A stretch of DNA of 64,000 bases from a virus (lineage: Duplodnaviria; Caudoviricetes), in the IMG/VR virus record IMGVR_UViG_3300017722_003538, positions 1 to 64,000 of that record; one strand, written 5' to 3'. The translations under genes were made by a program, and so were the position numbers. Below, in pieces: positions 51,181-60,514 of the stretch. The notes under the pieces are model-generated. The model was not told the origin of the DNA. It made no database searches and saw only the letters and a program-made list of their open reading frames with translations. Every line of letters begins with the position of its first letter. Within the stretch, counting starts at the first letter, position 1.

Positions 51181-51837
51181 ATGAATTTCGTAACAATTGA
51201 CTTTTCCTTAAATTCTCCAGGTATTTGTATCTTCTCAGATAATAAATATCATTTTATTGGGTATTTAAAACCAAACACAGGCACCAAAGCCGAACAAAAG
51301 ATTCAAGAGGAACTACACCTACTTGAAGATTGTCAGATTCACGATCAGCCGGATTGGACGAATAACGAGGCCTATTCGAAGAGTGAAATGATTAAAATCC
51401 AAAGACACACTCGAACTGCAAATGACATTATTGATATGGTTATTGAAATTACAGGAGAAGACCCTGAAGTTGTTGTTGCGTTTGAGGGCTCCTCTTATGG
51501 TTCTTCAGGTGGAACTAATAACATTATTGATATGGCGGCTGGAGCAGCAATCTTAAAGATGGAACTCATGTCGAGGCTTAAAGTCAAGGATATGATGACG
51601 ATCGCACCTTCGACAATTAAGAAGCATGCTGGAAAGGGTAACATGAAGAAGGATGAACTTTGGGTTAAATTCTTGGATAACGTTTTAAACGATTCAGTGC
51701 TTGAAAACTCATCACTGCTTAGATACTGTAAAACCCAAATCGGAGAGGTTAAAAAAGTCCCAAAACCCTTAGATGATTTGGTGGATGCCTACTTTCTGAA
51801 TCATCTAGCCCGAACTCTATTTTACCCGGAGGCTTAA
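51181..51837 (+). CDS. RuvC-like Holliday junction resolvase
   Basis: TIDFSLNSPG, AFEGSSY, PSTIKKHAGKGNMKKD, DDLVDAY acidic motifs. Confidence 0.8.
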   Translation: MNFVTIDFSLNSPGICIFSDNKYHFIGYLKPNTGTKAEQKIQEELHLLEDCQIHDQPDWTNNEAYSKSEMIKIQRHTRTANDIIDMVIEITGEDPEVVVAFEGSSYGSSGGTNNIIDMAAGAAILKMELMSRLKVKDMMTIAPSTIKKHAGKGNMKKDELWVKFLDNVLNDSVLENSSLLRYCKTQIGEVKKVPKPLDDLVDAYFLNHLARTLFYPEA

Positions 51838-51967
51838 AGACTTTAGTTATATTCAACATGTAAGTTTTTGTTTCAAGAATCTTAAAAAATATTTTAAGGT
51901 GGTAAATTTGTGCCTCCAGGGACAGGTTCCCCTAATAAAAAAGATATATAATCTATATAGAATCTTG

Positions 51968-51994
51968 AAACAAAAAAGAGAGTTTCTATATAAC
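51968..51994 (+). promoter_or_regulatory. AAAC-N17-TATAAC promoter (late GATATATA also at 51943)
   Basis: AAAC 51968-51971, TATAAC 51989-51994. Confidence 0.6.
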
Positions 51995-52066
51995 TATCAT
52001 AAGTAATTAAAGGGCCCTTAAGACTTATTAAATTTAAAGTTTAACAAAATTAAAGCAATTAAAGAC

Positions 52067-52990
52067 ATGCAAGAATTTGACATTTTTAATCTTGGCGTAA
52101 ATGACGTCGACACACACGAAACACAAGCTTCATCTGGAAGCGATCTTTACAAACCTACCGCAGATGACGGTAAGGATGGAACTTATAAAGCAATGATTCG
52201 CTTTGTTCCTAACCCAACAAACCCACGAAACTCTTTAGTAAAAAAATACGTACATTGGCTAACAAACGCTAATGGTGACGGTAAAATGGTAGACTCTCCA
52301 TCGACAGTTGGAGCTCCATGTCCTATCGCAGACGTATTCTTTAAGTTACGTAAAAGTGACTCAGCAGTTGACCGTAAAATGAGTGATAAACTTAAAAGAC
52401 GTGAGCAATACTTTGCACTTATTAAAATTATCAAAGACCCACAAAATCCTGAACTAGAAGGACAATACAAAGTCTTCAAATTTGGTTACAAAATCAAAGA
52501 GAAAATCGATGAGGAATTAAAACCAGCTTTTGGAGAACCAACTCAAGTATTTGACCTATTTGCAGGTAAAAACTTCGAATTGATTATTACTCGTCAAGGT
52601 GATTTCAACAACTACGATAAATCAAAGTTCTCTTCAAAAACATCACCTATTGAGATTGATGGTAAAGCAGCGACTCGTACTCCTGAATCGATGGGTGCTA
52701 TTAAAACCGAGTTGGAAACGGCTCCAAGTTTAGAGCCATACGAATACAAAGCATGGGACGGAGAAACTCTTGATTTTGTTAATTCTATTCTTAGAAATTA
52801 CTTAAATCCCGGAAGTTCAATAGATTCAGTTGTTAACAAACCTGCTGCTAAAAAAGCACCAGCGAAATCTGAACCGGTTGCAGAAGCTAATGATTTTGAG
52901 TTCCCATCAGATATGGTAGGAAATCCAGACTCTACGAATGTAGACTCTTCAGATGACTTAGATTCATTCTTGAATGACTTAGATATTTAA
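52067..52990 (+). CDS. single-stranded DNA-binding protein (T4 gp32-like)
   Basis: IRFVP, CPI, IIKDPQNPE.EG..KVFKFG.KI, FDLF.G.NF, NYDKSKF, acidic tail DDLDSFLNDL. Confidence 0.92.
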   Translation: MQEFDIFNLGVNDVDTHETQASSGSDLYKPTADDGKDGTYKAMIRFVPNPTNPRNSLVKKYVHWLTNANGDGKMVDSPSTVGAPCPIADVFFKLRKSDSAVDRKMSDKLKRREQYFALIKIIKDPQNPELEGQYKVFKFGYKIKEKIDEELKPAFGEPTQVFDLFAGKNFELIITRQGDFNNYDKSKFSSKTSPIEIDGKAATRTPESMGAIKTELETAPSLEPYEYKAWDGETLDFVNSILRNYLNPGSSIDSVVNKPAAKKAPAKSEPVAEANDFEFPSDMVGNPDSTNVDSSDDLDSFLNDLDI

Positions 52991-53011
52991 TCTAAGTTAC
53001 TTTTATAAACT

Positions 53012-53041
53012 AAAGGGCTAATTAAACTTAGCCCTTTTTTT
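53012..53041 (+). terminator. intrinsic terminator overlapping a promoter
   Basis: AAAGGGCTAA-ttaaac-TTAGCCCTTT followed by a T run. Confidence 0.8.
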
Positions 53042-53050
53042 CTATATAAT
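53024..53050 (+). promoter_or_regulatory. AAAC-N17-TATAAT promoter
   Basis: AAAC 53024-53027, TATAAT 53045-53050. Confidence 0.65.
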
Positions 53051-53053
53051 AGT

Positions 53054-54178
53054 ATGCAGAGTCAAAAAATCACAGAAGATTTAAAGATAAAAATCAGAAG
53101 CTTGGTAAAACAAGCAATTGTAAAGGCTCATAATGAGCCCAACAAGCATATGATTAAAGAGATGCCGGGTAGAATTACGATGGCATGTCCCTATTGTGGT
53201 GACTCGACGACTGACCATAAAAAGAAGCGTGGAAATCTCTACTGGGACACCTTACAATTCCATTGTTTTAACTGCGGAGTCCACTCAAATGCATACCAAT
53301 TATTAAAAGACCATCACGTAAAATTCCAAAGTACTGATGATTCTATCCAAGTTATTGACTACATTCAAGAACATAAGATGGAAACAAATGAAATCGAAGT
53401 GCTTGAACATGATGTGTTTAAATTAACTTATGATATGGCTCCTACCAGAAAGGAACTTATGGAATGGTTTAAATTTAAAGAGGTCGAACCTGGAGACCCT
53501 GCATTTTTCTATCTTAAGAATCGTTTATTAGCCAGCCAAATGCACCGTTTTATGTACTCACCCAAAGATAAAAGAATTGTGGTACTCAATGTAGCTCCAA
53601 ATGACAAAGTTATCGGTTTTCAAACTCGTTCAATCGACAAGCGTTCTAATTCTCGTTATTTAACTTATGACCTTGAGAAAATATATCAAGAAACTCAACG
53701 GGAGATTGTGCTGACTGATGAAGAGCTGATTGGCGTTAAGAAACTGTCAACCCTGTTCGGTGTAATGATAGTTGACTTTGAACGCGATGTTACGATGTTT
53801 GAAGGACCTATTGACGCAATGTTTATGCAGAATTCGATTGGATTGGCAACTGCTGGTCGTTCAACTCTAGAATTTGATGAGATACCTACAATACGATATA
53901 TGTTTGATAATGATACTACCGGTAAAAAGAAGATGATGGAGAAGATCCGAAGAGGCAAACAAATATTTACATGGGAGAAATTCTTTAAAGATACTAAAAT
54001 TGACCAGGACTGGGAAGAGTATTTGCTAAAATTGAACAAAGATGAAAGAGATAAATATCCTAAACAAATAGGTGATTTAAACGATTTAGTGATTGCGTCA
54101 TGGCTAACCAAAAATAAATGCTTAGCCCAAATTCAAAAATATTTTACTAACTCCAGGCTAGATGCATATTACCTATGA
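53054..54178 (+). CDS. DNA primase (T4 gp61-like)
   Basis: CPYCGDS...HCFNC zinc finger; Toprim EGPIDAMF and FDND; DLNDL. Confidence 0.92.
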   Translation: MQSQKITEDLKIKIRSLVKQAIVKAHNEPNKHMIKEMPGRITMACPYCGDSTTDHKKKRGNLYWDTLQFHCFNCGVHSNAYQLLKDHHVKFQSTDDSIQVIDYIQEHKMETNEIEVLEHDVFKLTYDMAPTRKELMEWFKFKEVEPGDPAFFYLKNRLLASQMHRFMYSPKDKRIVVLNVAPNDKVIGFQTRSIDKRSNSRYLTYDLEKIYQETQREIVLTDEELIGVKKLSTLFGVMIVDFERDVTMFEGPIDAMFMQNSIGLATAGRSTLEFDEIPTIRYMFDNDTTGKKKMMEKIRRGKQIFTWEKFFKDTKIDQDWEEYLLKLNKDERDKYPKQIGDLNDLVIASWLTKNKCLAQIQKYFTNSRLDAYYL

Positions 54179-54393
54179 TAAAAATAGATTTTTTAGAAAT
54201 GGTTGCCCAAGAATTCGAAGAATTTGAAAACGAAAAAAACAAAAGAAAGAATATTAAGATGATGCTTGATTTTAGCACTTCAACATATTCTCACACCGAA
54301 AAAGAATTTAAAATGACTAAGCCGCGATTAAAGGCAAAGTTAAAAAGTTCAGTATTTATTAAGGACAAGAACAAAGGAAATTCACTTTTTTAA
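54175..54393 (+). CDS. hypothetical protein
   Basis: 72-aa ORF with ATGA overlap. Confidence 0.55.
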   Translation: MIKIDFLEMVAQEFEEFENEKNKRKNIKMMLDFSTSTYSHTEKEFKMTKPRLKAKLKSSVFIKDKNKGNSLF

Positions 54394-54404
54394 AAAAGAA
54401 TTAT

Positions 54405-54833
54405 ATGACAGACGTCAAAGACAAAATAACACAGCTCGACGAATACTTAGTTAAACAGCGAGAGGATTGGACCCAAAAAATAAAAGGCCTAACCGAGGAA
54501 CTTAAGTTAGGTAACAATCTAGAGAGCGTAAGTGCATTCACACTTAGCTATCGACAAATATTGGTTGAACACTTAGCAACCATGGGTAATCGAATCAAAA
54601 CCCAAAAATCAGTAGTAGATAGAAAATATAAAGATAAATGGATTGAGTACTATAGTTACGACTATAAACTCACCGATAAAATGCGTGAAAAATTCGTCGA
54701 AGCAGACATTGCCGATGACACGAATATCCTTGAGTTGCTGATAACTCAGAAAAACTTTTTTGAGGGTTCAATTAAGACACTCGATAATATGGGCTTTGCA
54801 ATTAAGAATCGCCTCGATATTAGTCGTTTATAA
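54405..54833 (+). CDS. uvsY: recombination mediator UvsY-like
   Basis: Helical ~140 aa with EYYS, EAD and IKTLDNMGFAIKN motifs; adjacent to UvsW. Confidence 0.75.
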   Translation: MTDVKDKITQLDEYLVKQREDWTQKIKGLTEELKLGNNLESVSAFTLSYRQILVEHLATMGNRIKTQKSVVDRKYKDKWIEYYSYDYKLTDKMREKFVEADIADDTNILELLITQKNFFEGSIKTLDNMGFAIKNRLDISRL

Positions 54834-54849
54834 AAAGATCACATGAGAT

Positions 54850-56358
54850 TTGATTTTAACATTAACGGATGATAATCAATTTTTAAGAATTGATGAAGCA
54901 ACCGAAATTGAGTTAGAGCAGATTAGAATCTCTCTGACCAAAAGAATAGAAAGCTGGAGGTTTCACCCTCTAGTTAAACGTGGAGTTTGGGATGGATACG
55001 TATCATATATTAAAGATGATAAATGGATTCCTGCCGGACTTTGGCGTCATGTTATGACAATATGTAAAGAATACCGATACGAACTTAAAATCGAGGATAT
55101 TAAGAGGCTTATTGACTCCAATATTAATGCAGAACAGTTTGAGGAATGGGCTCTAGAATTTTTTAAAGGTTCACAGTTTACTCCTCGTGATTATCAAATA
55201 GAAACTGCATATAACATTCTAAAATTTAGAAAGTGTCTAGCAGAGCTTGCAACTTCAGCAGGTAAGACACTGATTAGCTTTTTGACCGTTGCTTACATGC
55301 TTGAAAAGGGACATGCACAACGGATTCTTTTTATTGTACCTAACGTTTCATTGGTAGTTCAGGCACACGAAGATTTCCACGAATATAACGTTAGAAATAG
55401 AATTGACCTAAGAATCCAACAAATATTTGCGGGACAAGAGGTTAAAAAGAACAAAAACATAATTATTGGAACCTATCAATCATTGATTAAAAAGGATGCC
55501 GCCTATTTTGCAGAATTTGACGCAGTTATTGTCGATGAAACTCACAAGGCAAAAGGAGCCAGTATTAAAGAAATCCTTGGTAAATGTGTAAATGCAAAGT
55601 ACAGATTTGGACTTTCAGGTACAATTCCAAAGGATGGTACACTTGACAAATTAACCCTAATGAGTCAGACTGGCCCGGTTATTAGTGAAGTTAAGGCAAG
55701 TTTCTTACAAGAGCAGGGACATATTGCTCAATGTGTTGTTAAGGTTATTGAAATGAACTATGCAACTCCAAAACAGCGAACAGCTTTCATGGAATTGGCC
55801 CAAAACCGATATGAAAATAAAGATGTGTTCTCATTGGAGCAAAACTTTGTAATCACTAGTGAGGCACGACTTAATTTTATATCAAACGTAATTGCAAGAG
55901 TACCCAGAAATTCATTAGTGCTTTTCCATCGAATTGAACATGGACAGAGACTATATGAGAAGTTAAGACAAGAAAGTAACAAGAGGGTATTTTATGTTGA
56001 TGGTGGAACTGATTCAGATATTAGAGAGGAATATAAAAAGAAGATGGAGGCTGGAGATGAAATTGTAATTGTTGCAAGTTTCGGAACCTTCTCAACTGGT
56101 ATCTCTATTAAAAAAATTCACAACATATTTTTTACTGAATCATTCAAATCAGAGGTAATTATTAGACAATCGATTGGACGTGGTCTAAGGCAACATGCAT
56201 CAAAAGACAAGGTATTAATTGTTGATTTTGTCGATGATATTAGAACCTTAGAGTGGGATAATTATTTGTACAAACACGGAAAGGTACGCCAATCTATTTA
56301 TAAACAAGAGAAATTTGAATACACTGTAAAGAAAGTGGATTTTGATGGGGATATATAA
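54850..56358 (+). CDS. uvsW: SF2 DNA helicase UvsW
   Basis: WDG, PRDYQ, ATSAGKT, VDETH, GLSGT, GTFSTGISI, QSIGRGLR. Confidence 0.95.
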   Translation: MILTLTDDNQFLRIDEATEIELEQIRISLTKRIESWRFHPLVKRGVWDGYVSYIKDDKWIPAGLWRHVMTICKEYRYELKIEDIKRLIDSNINAEQFEEWALEFFKGSQFTPRDYQIETAYNILKFRKCLAELATSAGKTLISFLTVAYMLEKGHAQRILFIVPNVSLVVQAHEDFHEYNVRNRIDLRIQQIFAGQEVKKNKNIIIGTYQSLIKKDAAYFAEFDAVIVDETHKAKGASIKEILGKCVNAKYRFGLSGTIPKDGTLDKLTLMSQTGPVISEVKASFLQEQGHIAQCVVKVIEMNYATPKQRTAFMELAQNRYENKDVFSLEQNFVITSEARLNFISNVIARVPRNSLVLFHRIEHGQRLYEKLRQESNKRVFYVDGGTDSDIREEYKKKMEAGDEIVIVASFGTFSTGISIKKIHNIFFTESFKSEVIIRQSIGRGLRQHASKDKVLIVDFVDDIRTLEWDNYLYKHGKVRQSIYKQEKFEYTVKKVDFDGDI

Positions 56359-56391
56359 ACATATTAACGTAATAAAAAAACATATTAAAAA

Positions 56392-59300
56392 ATGGCACAA
56401 GTAAATAAAATTTCTTCATTTAAGAGTTTTACTGAAGTTAAGAATCAGGAAGCTACATTGAAACTAAGAGAAACAAACAATGCAAAAAGACAGGAAACTG
56501 TTGGTAAAATTGGAGCAATCCTTGACGAAATGGGTTTAACTTCTCTATCTGAATTGGATGAAGTTAAAAAACAGGCACTAATCAACAAAATGTTTGGAAA
56601 TGTTTCAGAAGATGAAGCAGAAGATATTGAAGATGAAATTAATAAATTAGGAGAACCTAAAAAACTAGAAGAGAGAAATGCATTCTTAGGAGCTAGAGCA
56701 AAGGCTATTGAAGAGGACAAAACTGAATTTGAGTTTAACGGTAAAACCTACAAAGTAAAAGTAAACGAAGGTAATGCTTTCGGAGACGCTGTTAGAAAAG
56801 CTAAAGAGGCTGGAGAGAAAGAATTTGAATTCGATGGTAAAACTTACAAAGTTGAGGAAGGTAATGCCTTTGGAGACGCTGTTAGAAAAGCAAAAGAGGA
56901 TGGAGAAGAGGAATTTGAATTTGACGGTAAAACTTTTAAAGTTGAAGAGGCTTTAAATGCCATAAATGAAGGTCGAGTTAAAGCGGCTACCCTACTACAA
57001 GAATTAATTGACGGAAATACTTCTAGAGCAGAAGGTATTAAAATGTCAAAAGACTTAGCTGAACATTATTTATATTGGTTAAGAACTTCTCCTTATGGCA
57101 AGAAAAATGCTGACCTACCTCTTTACATGTTAATCAAAGCAAGTTTTGTTTGGGGAATTGAAAGACAATTAGACCCTAAATTAAAAGTAGAACTTGAAGC
57201 CCTAAAAGGTAGTATTAAAGAATCAGTAGATTTTATTAATGAGGCTCGTACAATTGCTAAAATTCAATATGACTGGTCTAAACTGACAACTACAATGGCT
57301 GCAACTGCACAAAATTAGAAAACTGCCGAAGGTCCTGCTAAAGAAATGTTACTTGGAAAATTAAAAGAGATGACAGCTCAAAAGAAAGGATTAGAAACTG
57401 AATTGGATGCTGCTATCGCTGATAAAGACAAAGACATCGAATTGGTAGTTTCTGAAGCATTCTTTAGATTACCAAAAGATGTTATTGGAAATGAGTTATA
57501 TATGGCAACCCAAAATTTAGCTAACCTATATGGTTCAATTTTAGCTGGAAATGATGTTGATGCTGGTGTTATTGATACAGTTATTAAAGCACTTACCACT
57601 GTTAAAAAATCTGTTAAGAAATTTAATAACAAAGAAGAGGTTTTAGGAACTGTTTACGAAGGAGAAGTTAATGAAGCCGATATGACTAAATTCTACGATG
57701 GTTTTAAAGTTCTTGACGACAAAACCGGAAAGATGACTAAATTTCATTATGTCAAAGGTAGAAAAAATACAGATGTAGAAAACGAAGCTATTGCCAAGTT
57801 AATGAAGGCAACTGGATCATCGAGAGCAAATTTTGGAGTTCATGGATTTGTTAAAAAGGGTGAATGGAATATGGATAAAACTCCAGTATTTGAATCTACA
57901 GTTAATGAAGCTGACTCTGTAAAATCAGAAGCAATATCTAGACTTGCAGATTTTTTCCGTATAAGTCCTTACGCTCTTTCAAAATTTAATTTTGATGGAA
58001 ACGATAATATTAAAGAACTTACCAAAGTTTTAAACTCTACGTCAGATGAAGGTACTAAACTTTATTACGACACATGCATTAAATTAGCCAAAAAAGATTT
58101 AGGAATTAATGAATCTACAGTTAATGAAGCTGAAAAATTCAAAAGTACTCAAGATTTTGAAGAGTTCTTAGAGGAAATCGATGGTATGCCAGAGGTTAGA
58201 ATCAAAAGAATCATGGGTAAAGATTACATCGATACTCCAGGAGGTTTTAGAGATGAAGCAGATGATTACGATAATGACATAGTAGAGTATACTCTTTCTA
58301 ACATGGGTCGTAAAGATTTTGAAGCACTTAAAGCATGGTGGGAAAACAATGTTCAAGAATCTTTAACTGAAGGAATGATTAGCCCTAAAATGGCAAATAG
58401 TTTTAAAATTGGAAACAAAATTAAAACTCAAAAAGATACTTACACAATAACTGGATTCGGTTCAAAGACTGGGGCAACCAGAGATTTTGAAGCTGAAAAT
58501 GAAAACGGAGAACAATTTAACTTGAGAGTTTCATTAAAAGGCGCTACTGGAATTCAAGTTGCTGTTGGAGCTAGAAATTTAAACTTTCCAGAACAACAGG
58601 AAATGTTAGAGTCAGTAGTTACTGAAGCAGCCGCTAAACAATTCGATGTTGACTTCACGTCGATGGTTAGAAATATTAAATCAGGATATGGTTGGATCGA
58701 TCCAGAATACGTTGCAGATACTTGGGAAAATTCAAGTGACTCTATCGATTTTGAATTAGTTAAAGGAGAAATCTACAAAAGATTAATAGCAGCTGGTTTA
58801 TTAGCCTACGCTGATGATGAGGACGAAGAAGTAGCAGGAAAATATGTTAAATCATTAAAAGAACTTGGAATTAAAGAATCTTTTGTTAATGAAGCAGTTT
58901 CAAACCCAAGTGAATTAACTAGCTTTATTAATAAGAATGAAAGTCATTTTGCAGCATTTTTAAAACCTAAAAAAATAAACACTTCAGTTGAAGGTAATAA
59001 AGCAATTATCAAACCTGCATCTGGTAGTTTTACTATAACTGTTGATTTTGACAAATCAACTATAGATAGCACAGGAAAACCAAAAAACCCAGAATCAACT
59101 TCATACGTTGAAATAATAGAGTACATCAAAGGAAACACTAAATTTAAAGTTCTTAATGAGTCTGCAGAAGTAAATGAAGCTGAAGTTAAATCTGACGATG
59201 AATTTAAAGAATATGCAATGACTGTCTTGAAAAAAGCATTTGGAGATGACTTTGATGAGGCTAAAGCTACCGAAGTAGTTGATGGAATTCTTAAAAAATG

Positions 59301-59619
59301 TGGAGATGATTATGGTGCATGTGTTGGAATGTTAACAAGTTCATTAGGAGAATCAGTAGTTACTGAAGCATTTGATGCAAACTACTGGGAAGATTACCAA
59401 GAAGGTGCTCAAAAAACAAAAAACCCAACTGCTATGGTAATCATGCAAGACGTACAAGCTGCAGTTGAAGAGTGGAATGATAATAATGAAAACGGAGTTG
59501 AAAATGAAGTAACTCCGGCTGGAGAAAAGAAAGTCCTGAAACTTGCAAAAGAATTTGTTAAAGCAAAAGGATATATCTCATTCGATATTATTGATGCAAT
59601 GATCGCTCAGGAATCTTAA
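56392..59619 (+). CDS. modular internal-head polyprotein interrupted by an in-frame TAG (57316-57318)
   Basis: ORFs 56392-57318 and 57346-59619 are in the same frame with a single TAG between them. Leader KISSFKSFTE; recurring ES..VNEA-type linkers. Confidence 0.7.
56671..56946 (+). repeat. three tandem 30-32 aa coding repeats
   Basis: E(G/R)NAF..A..KA.E....EFEF.GKT(Y/F)KV x3; units start at 56671, 56767 and 56857 (96 and 90 bp periods). Confidence 0.9.
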
Positions 59620-59636
59620 AAATAATCTAAATAAAT

Positions 59637-59681
59637 AATACCTGATGTTTTACCATGTCAGGTATTTTTATTATATTTACA
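59637..59681 (+). promoter_or_regulatory. hairpin terminator overlapping an early promoter
   Basis: AATACCTGA...TCAGGTATT stem; TTTT 59648; TATATTTACA 59672-59681; GTTTTACCATGTCAGG is identical to 634-649. Confidence 0.7.
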
Positions 59682-59683
59682 CT

Positions 59684-59956
59684 ATGAAACATATTAACCT
59701 ATTTGAAGAGTTTTTAAATGAGTCTGACTATGCAGAGGCCAAAGCTGACCTTTCATTAAAGGCATCTGATTTACTCCAAAAAAGAAAGGAACTTAGAAAT
59801 AAAGTTAATGACCTAAACCAAAATGCGGATGACCCAAAGTCTGCAATTCAAGCCCAAATAGCAACCCTTAAAATGGCAGCCCTTGACCTTGATAATCAAA
59901 AAAATAGAATCAACGCAAACATACTTGATTTAAGCAGAAAATTAGAAAGTTTATAA
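59684..59956 (+). CDS. coiled-coil protein with capsid-targeting-like leader
   Basis: Start revised to MKHINLFEEFLNES at 59684. Confidence 0.7.
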   Translation: MKHINLFEEFLNESDYAEAKADLSLKASDLLQKRKELRNKVNDLNQNADDPKSAIQAQIATLKMAALDLDNQKNRINANILDLSRKLESL

Positions 59957-59958
59957 CA

Positions 59959-60507
59959 ATGAAACACATCCAATTATTCGAACAATTTATTAATGAGGCA
60001 AAGGTTGACTACGCTAAATATGTAAAAGACACATCTAAAAAAATATTTGCAAGAGGTGGTAACGGTCAAAATGTACTTGATTACCTGGTAGACCTTGGAA
60101 AATATATTAATAGTACGATTGACCCAAAGGCAGACCAATGGTATGGTCCACAAACACCTTCACTATTTCAAGAATTGGTTAATGGTATGGGAATTGATGA
60201 TATCGAGCATAATAATGTTTCAGGTAAGAAAAGTAGTAAAAAACCAGAAGCATTCAGAGGTGCAAGCGATTTAATTGCTGTTACAAATGACGCAATTAAC
60301 CGTGCAAAATCCAACGGAGGAAACGATGCTGGATGGGGTAAAGCCGCTTTAGAACTTGCTGGACACCTTCAAGCATATAAAGTAGGTGCTGGTAATCCAG
60401 GTCCTGGAGAAGACGGATTCTATACTGCTCCAACCTTAAGTACATTCACAAGATTGGTTGATGATATTGCCATGGAAAATATCAAAAAGAATAGAGTAAC
60501 ACAATAA
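59959..60507 (+). CDS. hypothetical protein with capsid-targeting-like leader
   Basis: MKHIQLFEQFINEA leader; weak internal duplication (WYGPQTPSLFQELV / FYTAPTLSTFTRLV). Confidence 0.7.
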   Translation: MKHIQLFEQFINEAKVDYAKYVKDTSKKIFARGGNGQNVLDYLVDLGKYINSTIDPKADQWYGPQTPSLFQELVNGMGIDDIEHNNVSGKKSSKKPEAFRGASDLIAVTNDAINRAKSNGGNDAGWGKAALELAGHLQAYKVGAGNPGPGEDGFYTAPTLSTFTRLVDDIAMENIKKNRVTQ

Positions 60508-60514
60508 TAAAACT

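Noticed and set aside
51838-51960. tRNA or replication origin in the largest intergenic gap
   Set aside because: No cloverleaf or iteron pattern seen; only promoter motifs are supported.
6757-56956. Short plus-strand ORFs nested in other frames (6757, 21141, 38392, 56774)
   Set aside because: Fully inside well-supported genes, with no independent promoter or motif.
56671-59370. CRISPR array interpretation of the repeats
   Set aside because: The repeats are in-frame coding linkers, degenerate and 90-290 bp apart, and no cas genes are present.
59645-59683. ORF-track start at 59645 (similarly 8635 and 7003)
   Set aside because: The extensions overlap promoter or terminator elements; downstream starts at 59684, 8716 and 7072 fit the motifs better.
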